DNA from: Chlorobiota bacterium
Lineage (GTDB): Bacteria > Bacteroidota > Ignavibacteria > OLB7
Direction of reading: 5' to 3'
Assembly: GCA_028287785.1 (NCBI GenBank)
Contig: JAQBOZ010000017.1
Coordinates: forward strand, 72,225 to 136,224
Length of the DNA: 64,000 nt
This document shows, one piece after another, positions 43,535 through 52,861 of the stretch. The notes beneath the pieces are model-generated. The model did no database searches and was not told the DNA's origin. It worked only from the letters and a program-made list of their open reading frames with translations. The first letter of the stretch is position 1. Each line of letters begins with the position of its first letter. The translations under genes and the position numbers were made by a program.

Positions 43535-44929
43535 ATGAGCGATCGTGATGGAAGCCTTCAACTGACGGGGACGATGTCCGGCGATACCGGCGGGATGGGA
43601 AAGGCCGGTATCGCGGCGGTGGCGGCCGGGCTGCTGGTGATGCTGGGCGCGGCCTGCGGCGGCGGGATATCCCCCATGCTCTTTATGCTGGCGGGGCCGG
43701 GGCTGATCGTGGCCGGGGCGCTGGCCTATATCCTTCCACATCACCTCCGGCGCTCCGCATCGGCGCAGAACAACGGCGTGATGTTCTCCGGCGCAACCAC
43801 GCGCGGCGCGATTGCATGGGGGCTGGGGGTGGCGATCACCGGCTTCTACGTGCTCCTCTACTGGTGGCCCCAGACGCTGGCGGGGCTGATCCGCATGTTC
43901 GATCCGCTGAGCATGCGTCTCCGCGGCATCCCGGCCGATCACTGGTTCATGTACGGGGCGTTCTATACCCTCGCCGTGCTGGTGATGGGAGCGCGGGCGC
44001 TGCTGAAATACCGTCATAACCGCTACCAGATCATCCGCACCCTTTCGGTCATCTTCTTCCAGCTCGTCTTCGCGTTTCTGATCCCGGCCACGCTTCAGCT
44101 CTTCAAGCAGCCGGAATTCTACTTCACCTACTTCTGGCCGCTGAAGCCCTACTACCTTTTCCCCGACGGCGTGAAGTCGCTGGAGATGGCCGGAGGGCTT
44201 GGCCCGTTCATGATCCGCTGGGCGGTGATGATGACGTTCGTTGCAACCCCCGTGCTGACCTATTTCTTCGGCAAGCGGTGGTACTGTTCGTGGGTTTGCG
44301 GGTGCGGCGGGCTGGCGGAGACCGCGGGCGATCCCTACCGGCAACTGGCGAGCACATCGTTGAGGTCGTGGAAGATCGAGCGATGGATGATCTACTCCGT
44401 GCTGCTGTTCATTACCATTACCACGGCGCTCCTCTGGATCAACTCCGCGGCGCAGGGAGCCCTGCTCGGGGGGGCTTCGCGCGGGTTCGCGGATGTCTAC
44501 GGCTTTCTGATCGGCGGGATCTTCTCCGGCGTGGTCGGCGTCGGCTTCTATCCGATCATGGGGGCGCGCGTCTGGTGCCGTTTCGGCTGCCCGATGGCGG
44601 CTGTGCTGGGGATCATCCAGAAATACTATTCGCGGTTCAGGATCACCACCAACGGCGGGCAGTGCATCTCCTGCGGAAACTGCTCCACGTACTGCGAGAT
44701 GGGGATCGATGTGCGATGGTACGCGCAACGGGGGGAGAACATCATCAGAGCCTCCTGCGTGGGGTGCGGGGTCTGCGCCAACGTCTGCCCGCGCGGCGTG
44801 CTGTCGCTGGAGAATGGCCCGATGGAGGGGCGGTACAACGGAGCGCAGTTCGTCGGCACGGCGGAGGTGATCATCCCGGCGCTGAACGGGGAGCCGGAAC
44901 GGACACGGCAGTTGAGGTATATCGATTGA
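43535..44929 (+). CDS. Membrane-bound 4Fe-4S ferredoxin-type protein (NapH/MauN-like)
   Basis: Multiple TM helices, a CSWVCGCGG motif and two C-terminal CxxCxxCxxxCP ferredoxin motifs. Confidence 0.6.
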   Translation: MSDRDGSLQLTGTMSGDTGGMGKAGIAAVAAGLLVMLGAACGGGISPMLFMLAGPGLIVAGALAYILPHHLRRSASAQNNGVMFSGATTRGAIAWGLGVAITGFYVLLYWWPQTLAGLIRMFDPLSMRLRGIPADHWFMYGAFYTLAVLVMGARALLKYRHNRYQIIRTLSVIFFQLVFAFLIPATLQLFKQPEFYFTYFWPLKPYYLFPDGVKSLEMAGGLGPFMIRWAVMMTFVATPVLTYFFGKRWYCSWVCGCGGLAETAGDPYRQLASTSLRSWKIERWMIYSVLLFITITTALLWINSAAQGALLGGASRGFADVYGFLIGGIFSGVVGVGFYPIMGARVWCRFGCPMAAVLGIIQKYYSRFRITTNGGQCISCGNCSTYCEMGIDVRWYAQRGENIIRASCVGCGVCANVCPRGVLSLENGPMEGRYNGAQFVGTAEVIIPALNGEPERTRQLRYID

Positions 44930-44988
44930 TATCGCGATCCTCCCCCGGAAGCCTTCCCCCGCGGGGCTTCGCGGGGAGCGAAGGCAAG

Positions 44989-45282
44989 TCAGCCACGCCG
45001 GGCAAGGCTCCGTCTGCGAACCAGAAACTGCGTTATGGAAACGACCAGGCCGATCAGAAGAATGATCCCCCCGATGCGATAGATCGTGGAGGTAATCCCG
45101 GATGTGATGGCGAAATCCAGTTCATATGCGTGCTGGAGCGCCGGCGGAGGGTCCTGATAGGGGATGTTGACGGAGAGAAGGTCGTAAAGAAATCCTATGC
45201 CCAGCATCAACAGGCCGGTGATCGCTATCAGCTTGCCGGCCGCCTTTCCGAATCGTGCCATCTTCATTGCTGCCTCCCTCAA
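44989..45282 (-). CDS. Small hypothetical membrane protein (two TM helices)
   Basis: ORF with two hydrophobic helices. Start may be MKMARF (45267). Confidence 0.35.
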   Translation of the reverse strand: MREAAMKMARFGKAAGKLIAITGLLMLGIGFLYDLLSVNIPYQDPPPALQHAYELDFAITSGITSTIYRIGGIILLIGLVVSITQFLVRRRSLARRG

Positions 45283-45320
45283 CGATTATCAGGTGTGGAA
45301 ATCCATTCCCGCGCGATGTA

Positions 45321-45776
45321 TCACCCGTTGCCGATCCGATCCCCACGCAGTTCATCGCGAACCCGCATCAGGATCCGGCCAAGCATGTTCCTGCCGCTGC
45401 CGTCGCCGCCATCGCCCCAGTAGCTGTCCCTCTTCGTATGCTCGATGATCTCCGCGTCGCCGGTATCGAGGAGCGTGGCTGCCAGCTCCGGGTGCTGGCG
45501 GAACTTCGTTCTGACGGCGACGAGCATCACCTCATCCCTGACCGCCTCCCAGTCCGGGCGGAGCGGACGTTTCCTGTCGCGCCCCTTCCTGGCGGCGATC
45601 ATGGGCGAGGGGGTAAGGCGGATCTCCTCATCGTGCCCGGTGCCGGGAAATTTGCTCCCCTGGAAGTAATGTTCGCTCGTCGGCCAGACCTTTCCATCGA
45701 TTTCGATGGGATAGGCGGCGAAGTTGGAGAAGCATCCGTGAGCGTCCTTTGTGCCGTAGAATCGTATAGTGCTCAT
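45321..45776 (-). CDS. NADAR family protein (YbiA-like, DUF1768)
   Basis: FYG...GCFSNF...SEHYFQGSKF motif set typical of NADAR/YbiA proteins. Confidence 0.7.
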   Translation of the reverse strand: MSTIRFYGTKDAHGCFSNFAAYPIEIDGKVWPTSEHYFQGSKFPGTGHDEEIRLTPSPMIAARKGRDRKRPLRPDWEAVRDEVMLVAVRTKFRQHPELAATLLDTGDAEIIEHTKRDSYWGDGGDGSGRNMLGRILMRVRDELRGDRIGNG

Positions 45777-45976
45777 AGCGGTTTACGGGTTGGTCCTGAA
45801 CGATATTCCGTTCGCCCGCGCCGGCCTGTCGGGGGGGGGATGCCGGGCAATCGAGAGGAACCTTCAATCTACCAAATTCGCCCGAACAGGCCGCGCGTTC
45901 CGGTACATCCTGCAACGTCCCTTCCGCTTGTGCGGAGCCATCGCTTCGCTATCTTTGCTCTCTGCATCCGATCGTC

Positions 45977-46175
45977 AGGTGTCCTGGGAGAAGCCAGGAA
46001 GAATAGGGAATGCCGTGCGCCCGCAAGGGCTAATCGGCAGCGGTTGCGCCGCTGTAACGGGCGACGACCTCTCCAACTGAGCGCTCAACAACCGAGTGCC
46101 GGGCCACTGTGAGCTGCTGCTCACGGGAAGGCCGGAGAGTTCGAATGACCCCGAAGCCAGAAGACCTGCCTGATG
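45977..46175 (+). promoter_or_regulatory. Cobalamin (B12) riboswitch aptamer; the expression platform probably extends to about 46355
   Basis: Seen directly: AATAGGGAATGCCGTGCG...GCAGCGG...GGGCCACTGTGAGCTGCTGCTCACGGGAAGGCCGG...CCCGAAGCCAGAAGACCTGCC. Block for block this matches the conserved core and the B12 box of the E. coli btuB leader, as recalled from the RF00174 consensus. Confidence 0.8.
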
Positions 46176-46355
46176 ATCCTCATCCACGATCCCATTGGGA
46201 TCAGCTTTCCCGCCAAGGAAAGTGATGAGGAGATGGTCTACACTCCGTTTCGGGGAGAGGCGCCGCGCCTCCCGTTCCCGCCACTGTAGCATCATTTCCC
46301 GTCGTCCATCGTTACCGCTCCCGACCTGGCATCGGAGGGCATCGGCGTTCGTGAA

Positions 46356-48650
46356 ATGAATCTTCGCTTTCTGCTTCCACTCGTCCTTTTCCTGGGAGGG
46401 CTTTCCATTGCCCAGGGACAATTCCATCACATCCAGACGGACAAATCTCCGTCGTTTATTTTCAATGATCCGGTCAAGGGGCACATTCATGTGATCACCC
46501 TGGGGGTGGACGCCAACTTCGACGGCGTTTTCCAGCCCGGCTCCGACGTGGCTCCGCGCTGGTTTGTGCTGGATGCCGCTACCGAGGAGGAGGTGGGCTC
46601 CACCACATTCACGGGGTTCTTCAACTCCTTTCCGCTTCGCGCCGGCGTTGATCTGAAGGGACGCCGGCTCTACGTGCCGCAGCTCGGCCGCGTCCGCGCG
46701 TTCGATATCGACGATCTGGGGATCGTCCAGGATTCCGTCTCCACGACGAATGCCTCCACCGTCATGTTCGATTCCCTGACGGGATATATCACCCTCTCCT
46801 TCCGCCCCGGATTTACCGTTCCGGGATGGACCGAGACGATCGACCCGCGCACCGGGAAGCGTATCTCGATGATGAACACCGGCGTCAATCCCGGCATGGC
46901 CGTGCCGAAGGGGGCTGAAACGTATACCATCACCGAGGGGGGGCCGGGCATTCCCTCGACGGTCGCCTACAGCCGCTACCGGGCAAGCCTCTACGCCGGG
47001 GCGCTCGGCGGCAACGGGAATCATATGGTCGTGCGCGGAACCGCCGCCTATCTCGTGATGAGCGCCACCAACCAGATTCGGATCATCGACACCAGAACGG
47101 GGAGGGATACCCTCTCTTCGCCGATCGCTGTTGGCACGGCCGGATTCGGGAGCCCCCGCATGCTCGACGTTCAGGGGGACAGCGTGCTGGTGGTGGCGAC
47201 ATATGCCAGGGATATCCGACGATTCAGAATCGCGACCGGGGCGATGATCGACAAGATCGCGCTCCCCGGCGCCGCGGAGGCCGTTGCCGTGCGCGACTCG
47301 CTGGCATACGTGGCGATTCCGCTCGATTCCGCCCGCCATACCGATTCCCTGGTGGTGGTGGTGAACCTGAACAGCGGCCGGCCGGTCGATACGCTCGCCG
47401 TGGGGCCGAACCCGCTCGGGCTCTTTATCGATCGCCTCGGAAATCTTCAGGTGGTTGTGGCCGATACCATCCCCGGCGCCGGCCGGCTGGTGAGCTACGA
47501 GCGCGGAACGCTTCTCAAGAAGGGGGAGCGCCCGCTCCACGGCGCGATCAGCAACCCGCTGCATATGGCCTACGATAATTCCGACGACTCGCTCTTTATC
47601 GTCCTTTCCGATACTCTCTTCGCGTTCGCGGTTTCCGGCTCCGGCTCGCCGTTGCGCGCCGCCTATACCGATACGCTCGCCAGGGGGGCTCTCTTCGGCG
47701 TCAGCGGCGCGGGCGATTATCTCCTGATCACCGAACGCCCGAAGAACCCAGGGGAGGATTCATCCTATGTCCACATCGTGAGCCGGAAGAGCGGAGGGGA
47801 GGTGGCGAAATTCATGGCGGGTTACCTGGTGATGATGGCGCTGCCGGTGGTTTCCGGTCGCGGCGACCATGCGATGAGCTTCTACGCTCTCAACCAGGGA
47901 GGGTTTGCGGCGACTGCATCCACCCTGACCTCCTTCGAGTTCCAGCCCGATATCCTCGGCCCCGATACGCTGGGAAGCGGCGCGAACCATATAACGTTGG
48001 AGGGACTGAGCGCCGATAACGACAAGGCCCTGGTGACGATGAACGGGAACCACAGCGTTGTCCGGCTGGACCTCGATACCTGGACGGTGATGCGCCGCAC
48101 GTCGACGAAGACGACCGGGTTCGATGGCCCGCGCGAGACGATGGCGCTCTCCCCGTCGACGTTGCTCGTGAGCACCTACGCCGGCGATGTGCGCCGGATC
48201 ACGGTGAGCGATAACTCCGTCCGGGTGATCCCGGTCTATGGAAAGGCGGAGGGGATGGCGCGCGCCGGAAGCAAAGTCTACGTGGCCCTGCCGTTCGCTC
48301 CCGATGCCACCTACACGCCCTCCGCAAGCGTCGCGGTGATCGATACCGCCGCGATTGCATCGGTACGTCGTGATGATGCGATCGCATCCGCCACGACGCT
48401 GGAGCAGAACTATCCGAACCCCGTATCGTCCGGCACCGAGATCCGTTTCTCGGTCGCCGTGGCCGGCAGAGTGACCCTTGCCCTCTACAGGCCGGATGGC
48501 GCCCTTGCCGGCACGATCGTCGACAGGGAGATGGAGCCGGGAAGCTATACCGCGCGGATGGACGTGGCCGGGCTTGCCAGCGGATCATACATCTACACGC
48601 TTCGCTCCGGAGGAACGCTTCTGAGCAGAGTGATGAAGGTCGTGCGATAA
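46356..48650 (+). CDS. Secreted YVTN/YncE-like beta-propeller repeat protein with T9SS C-terminal sorting domain
   Basis: Signal peptide, repeated beta-propeller blades and a C-terminal T9SS CTD (NYPNPVSSGTEIRF...VTLALYRPDG...SGSYIYTL). First gene downstream of the B12 riboswitch. Confidence 0.6.
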   Translation: MNLRFLLPLVLFLGGLSIAQGQFHHIQTDKSPSFIFNDPVKGHIHVITLGVDANFDGVFQPGSDVAPRWFVLDAATEEEVGSTTFTGFFNSFPLRAGVDLKGRRLYVPQLGRVRAFDIDDLGIVQDSVSTTNASTVMFDSLTGYITLSFRPGFTVPGWTETIDPRTGKRISMMNTGVNPGMAVPKGAETYTITEGGPGIPSTVAYSRYRASLYAGALGGNGNHMVVRGTAAYLVMSATNQIRIIDTRTGRDTLSSPIAVGTAGFGSPRMLDVQGDSVLVVATYARDIRRFRIATGAMIDKIALPGAAEAVAVRDSLAYVAIPLDSARHTDSLVVVVNLNSGRPVDTLAVGPNPLGLFIDRLGNLQVVVADTIPGAGRLVSYERGTLLKKGERPLHGAISNPLHMAYDNSDDSLFIVLSDTLFAFAVSGSGSPLRAAYTDTLARGALFGVSGAGDYLLITERPKNPGEDSSYVHIVSRKSGGEVAKFMAGYLVMMALPVVSGRGDHAMSFYALNQGGFAATASTLTSFEFQPDILGPDTLGSGANHITLEGLSADNDKALVTMNGNHSVVRLDLDTWTVMRRTSTKTTGFDGPRETMALSPSTLLVSTYAGDVRRITVSDNSVRVIPVYGKAEGMARAGSKVYVALPFAPDATYTPSASVAVIDTAAIASVRRDDAIASATTLEQNYPNPVSSGTEIRFSVAVAGRVTLALYRPDGALAGTIVDREMEPGSYTARMDVAGLASGSYIYTLRSGGTLLSRVMKVVR

Positions 48651-49633
48651 TGCGATCATCATCATACCGCCGGCCGGGAGCCATCCCCGGCCGGTTGCGC
48701 CGGCTTGCCGCCGCCGCGCTGCTCTTCCTGGCAATCGCGTCGCCGGGCCACGCCCAGTGGGAGAACACCGGCGCCGATGCCGTGGAATCCTTCACCCCCG
48801 GAACCGGGGCGGGGCTTGGCTCCGATCACTATCCCGAGAATGTCCTCGGCCTTCCCGACTCGGCCGCCCGAGCCGATATCCCCACGATCGATCCCGTTCA
48901 GATCCTGTCGCTCGGGCTCGGCGGCGAAATCGTCCTCCGGTTCGATCGCGCGCCGATCACCGATATCCCCGGCCCCGACTTCACGGTGTTCGAAAACGCG
49001 TTCACCTATATCATCGGTGGAAAGGAGAAGACCTATGCCGAGCCGGGCGAGGTTGCGGTAAGCCGGGACGGCGTTCACTTTCTGACATTTCCGTACGACT
49101 CCATCACCCTCCGCGGGTGCGCCGGCGTTGGCCCCACCAACGGCGGGAACGATCCCGGCGATCCGCTTGTCTCCGGCGGCAACAGCTTCGATCTTCACGA
49201 TCTCGGGGTCGACTCGGTTCGATGGGTTCGCATCCGCGATGTGACCTCGATCGTCAAGGATCATCCCTCGCATCCCTTCTGGGACCCCACGCTGACCGGG
49301 TTCGATCTTGATGCCGTTGTGCGCGCCACGAAATCCCATCCGGGCGGCATCGCCACGGCTCCCACGGGCGCGCACGCTTCGGCGGTGCTTTCGCCCAACC
49401 CGGTTGCCGGACAGGGGGTGCTCCGGGTTGATGCTCCCATATCGGGAGACCTCACGGCGCGGGTGACCGATCTTCTCGGAAGAGAGGTGATGACAATCTC
49501 CGGCGGCGCTATCGACCGAGGCCGGAACGTGCTTCCGTTCGATGCCTCCCGGCTGGCCGATGGCGTCTACTTCATAGCCGTGGCGATCGATGGACATCCC
49601 GTGACGATGCTCAGGGCCCAGGTATGTAGATGA
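48650..49633 (+). CDS. Secreted hypothetical protein with T9SS C-terminal sorting domain
   Basis: Signal peptide and C-terminal CTD (LSPNPVAGQGVLRV...DGVYFIAVAIDGHPVTMLRAQV). No recognisable catalytic motif. Its start overlaps the upstream stop (TAATG) and its stop overlaps the TBDR start (ATGA). Confidence 0.5.
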   Translation: MRSSSYRRPGAIPGRLRRLAAAALLFLAIASPGHAQWENTGADAVESFTPGTGAGLGSDHYPENVLGLPDSAARADIPTIDPVQILSLGLGGEIVLRFDRAPITDIPGPDFTVFENAFTYIIGGKEKTYAEPGEVAVSRDGVHFLTFPYDSITLRGCAGVGPTNGGNDPGDPLVSGGNSFDLHDLGVDSVRWVRIRDVTSIVKDHPSHPFWDPTLTGFDLDAVVRATKSHPGGIATAPTGAHASAVLSPNPVAGQGVLRVDAPISGDLTARVTDLLGREVMTISGGAIDRGRNVLPFDASRLADGVYFIAVAIDGHPVTMLRAQVCR

Positions 49634-51618
49634 GAGCCCTTGCCCTCCATATCTCCCTGCTCGTGCTTTCCGGGGCATGCGCGGCGGCCCAGCCCGGAAC
49701 CCCGGAGCCGGGGAAGGGAAAGGATTCCGCGAGAGTCTACCACGCTCCTGAAGTGCGCGTGGAGGCACGGTCGATACTGACGCGGGTATCGCGGGGAACG
49801 CAGCCGCGCGCGGTTGTGACCAGGGCGCAGATCGAGGCGGCAAACGGCTTCGACCTTTCCGATGCCGTTGCGTACGCGCCGGGGGTGTTCGTGAAGCAGT
49901 ATGGCGGCGTCGGCGGGCTGCGGACGATATCGCTGCGCGGCACATCGGCGCAGCAGACGGTGATCCTGATCGATGGGATCCGGTACCGGAGCAGCGCGGA
50001 CGGGGGGTTCGATTTCAGCAATCTTCCCTCGGCATCGGTCGATCAGGTGGAGGTGCTCCGCGGCGGCAACGCGGCGCTCTACGGCGCCAATGCACTCGGC
50101 GGCGTGATCAACGTGGTGACGCGAGCGCCATCGGCCGGCGGGACGGCGCTTACGGCGCGAGGGGGATATGGCTCGTATGGTCAGCGGGAGATGGGCATCG
50201 GGGGGAACGGCGCGGCGGGAAACCATGTGTGGGATGCCGGTTTCAACGCCACCGCCACAAACGGCAACTATCCGTTCAGCTTCAATGAGTTCGGTGCCAC
50301 CTCGACCTTCGAGCGGGATAATGCGGACTTCTCCAACTATTTCGGCCGTGGAGGCTGGGCATATCATCGCGATGATGGCCTGCGGCTTTCGGCCTCGATG
50401 CAGGGCTATCGATCCGAACGTGGCGTCCCCGGCGCGGTGGTGCAGGGAAACCGCGAACAGCTCCATGCGCGCCTGAATGAGAGCGATCTGTTTGCCGCCG
50501 CCGCCGCTTCCTGGCCCACGGAGGAGTGGCAGTTCTCCATCTCGGCGAGCGGTCGCCTGAACGCCCTGGGCTACCGCGATCCCGACGCGCGCGTTGCCGG
50601 CCCGTCCGGCATCGACGACGAGTATCGGGAGAGGGAGGGGAACTTCATGGGGAGGGTGAGGCGGGCAATCGGTGACCATGGCGTTGCGGAGGGGACGGCG
50701 GAGGTTTCTCAGACGCATCTTCGCGGCGACAATCTGGACCCGGCGCTGGGCTCCGCCGCATCGCGGACTTCGGTGAGCGGCGCGATCGCAACAAACTGGC
50801 TTTATGACGATGGTCTGTTCGGCTGCGAAACCGCCCTCGAAGCCGGCCTTCGTCTCGATCTCTTCGATGATCTTCCCACCGCGCTGAGCCCATCGGCCGG
50901 GTTGATCTGGCGCGCCGGCTCCACCCCGCTCCGGCTGCGGGCGCATGGTGGGCTGAACTACAGGGCGCCGAGCTTCGCCGAGCAATACTATCTCAACTAC
51001 GGCAACGCGAACCTGCGGCCCGAGCGTTCCATGAGCGGCGACCTTGGGGCTACCTACGAGGTGGGGGAGACGTTCGCCCTGGAATCGAGCTTCTTCATGA
51101 TCGCCACGCGCGATCAGATCGTCTCGGTGCCGCGCAGCCCCGTAAGCTGGAGCGCGGCAAACGTCGAGCGGGTTCTTTCGCGCGGCCTGGAGCTGGGGGG
51201 ATCGGGGACGCTGTTCGATGGGATGCTTGGGCTTCGGGCCTCCTACACGCTGACACGGGCCGAGGACAGGAGCGGGGGAACGGTGGATGGAAAGCTGCTG
51301 GTGTATGCGCCCGAGGAGTTGACCAACGGCATCGTGGATCTGCGGCTGGGTCGTTACGGCATCGGAGCGGCGTGGCAGTACGTCGGTCATCGCTTCACGC
51401 TCCCCGCGAACGATCCCGGTTCCGCGCTGCCACGTTACGGCCTGCTTGCCGCAAATATCTCCGCGCGCTGGATCATTGGCGGCGTGGGGGTGAAGGCGCG
51501 CCTGGAATGCTCGAACATGTTCGATACGGAATATCAGGTGGTGAGGAATTATCCCATGCCGGGGAGAACGTTTCTCGGAAGGGTCGAGATCGATTTTCAT
51601 GATGGGCCGCAACCATGA
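49630..51618 (+). CDS. TonB-dependent receptor, BtuB-like size class
   Basis: Plug domain (DQVEVLRGGNAALYGANALGGVINVVTR) and a 22-strand barrel-like C-terminal region with terminal ...RVEIDF. In a riboswitch-led operon. Confidence 0.8.
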   Translation: MRALALHISLLVLSGACAAAQPGTPEPGKGKDSARVYHAPEVRVEARSILTRVSRGTQPRAVVTRAQIEAANGFDLSDAVAYAPGVFVKQYGGVGGLRTISLRGTSAQQTVILIDGIRYRSSADGGFDFSNLPSASVDQVEVLRGGNAALYGANALGGVINVVTRAPSAGGTALTARGGYGSYGQREMGIGGNGAAGNHVWDAGFNATATNGNYPFSFNEFGATSTFERDNADFSNYFGRGGWAYHRDDGLRLSASMQGYRSERGVPGAVVQGNREQLHARLNESDLFAAAAASWPTEEWQFSISASGRLNALGYRDPDARVAGPSGIDDEYREREGNFMGRVRRAIGDHGVAEGTAEVSQTHLRGDNLDPALGSAASRTSVSGAIATNWLYDDGLFGCETALEAGLRLDLFDDLPTALSPSAGLIWRAGSTPLRLRAHGGLNYRAPSFAEQYYLNYGNANLRPERSMSGDLGATYEVGETFALESSFFMIATRDQIVSVPRSPVSWSAANVERVLSRGLELGGSGTLFDGMLGLRASYTLTRAEDRSGGTVDGKLLVYAPEELTNGIVDLRLGRYGIGAAWQYVGHRFTLPANDPGSALPRYGLLAANISARWIIGGVGVKARLECSNMFDTEYQVVRNYPMPGRTFLGRVEIDFHDGPQP

Positions 51619-52745
51619 GCGCGATTGCGCGGGATATCCATATGCCGATAAGAAAATGCGTAGCCACGCGGCTTTGCGGGGCGATCGTGCCATCCGCTCT
51701 GCTTGCGTTGGTGCTTCTGCTGGCCGGCTGCATATCCGATCCCACACTCACATCTCCTCCGGTGGTGAGCGCCGGAGCGCATGGGGTGCTGGTGGTGAAC
51801 GAGGGGGTATGGAAGCAGGATAATTCCACGCTCACCTTCTACAACCCCGATAGCGGCGGGCCGGTTCAGGACTATTTCGCGGCGCGCAATCCCGGCCTGC
51901 GTCTGGGGGATCTCGGCAACAGCATCGTTACCTGGAAGGGACGGGGATATATCGCCGTCTCCACGTCGCGGGCGGTGGAGGTGATCGATCTGGCGACCGG
52001 GCATTCCCTGGGGCGCGTCCGTCTGAACGCCCCGAACGAGCCGCGCATGATCGCGATCATCGACAGCGCGACCGCGTTTGTCACAACCTTTGCCGATTCG
52101 GTGATCCGTTTCAACCCGATGACGCTGGCAACGACGGGATCGTTCGCCGTGGGGCCGGCCCCGGAGGGGATCGCGTATGCCGCCGGCCATCTTTTTGTGG
52201 CGAACTCCGGGCTCGGCAATCTGCGGCGCACCGAACCAGGGGCGGGGACGATCTCGGTGCTCGATCCGGCAAGCGGCGCGGAGCTGGCGATGCTTCCCAC
52301 CGGCACCAACCCGCTGAGCGTTCATTATCTGCCATCGCGGGGGCGCGTCTACGTGCTGGCCCGTCCCATTCTCCCCGATACGCTCGGCGCCGTGGTGGAA
52401 TACGATCCGGCCTCGTTGCGCGAGGTTCGTCGCTGGCCGGTGGCCGGTGGCTACGACATGGCTGTCGATGACGGGCGCGGGATCATCTATGTGATGCATG
52501 GGGAGGGCGTGGCGCGGATCGATCCATCGGTTGCGGGGGATAATGTGAGGGGGCTGGTGCAACTGGGCGAGGCGGGGGCGATGTTCTATTCGATCGGGGT
52601 GGAGCCGGTAAGCGGCGATATCTATCTGGGGACCACGAACGGGTACTCAAGCGTGCCGGCGGCGGTGATGATATACGACCGCGCTGGCGCGTTCAAATCC
52701 CGTTTTCCCTGCGGCATCTATCCCGGCGATTTCGCGTTCTATTGA
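51615..52745 (+). CDS. YncE-like beta-propeller surface lipoprotein (BtuG-like candidate)
   Basis: Lipobox LLLAGC in the signal peptide, beta-propeller repeats, immediately downstream of and overlapping the TonB-dependent receptor. Confidence 0.55.
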   Translation: MSAIARDIHMPIRKCVATRLCGAIVPSALLALVLLLAGCISDPTLTSPPVVSAGAHGVLVVNEGVWKQDNSTLTFYNPDSGGPVQDYFAARNPGLRLGDLGNSIVTWKGRGYIAVSTSRAVEVIDLATGHSLGRVRLNAPNEPRMIAIIDSATAFVTTFADSVIRFNPMTLATTGSFAVGPAPEGIAYAAGHLFVANSGLGNLRRTEPGAGTISVLDPASGAELAMLPTGTNPLSVHYLPSRGRVYVLARPILPDTLGAVVEYDPASLREVRRWPVAGGYDMAVDDGRGIIYVMHGEGVARIDPSVAGDNVRGLVQLGEAGAMFYSIGVEPVSGDIYLGTTNGYSSVPAAVMIYDRAGAFKSRFPCGIYPGDFAFY

Positions 52746-52861
52746 GCGCCTGTCGTCGAAACGAAAACGGGCGTTCCGATGATTCGGGACGCCCGTTGCT
52801 GTTTACTATCGATGGGGTGCGTTAGCGTTGTTCCATTGCCGGTTGGCGGAAGGGGTCTCCG

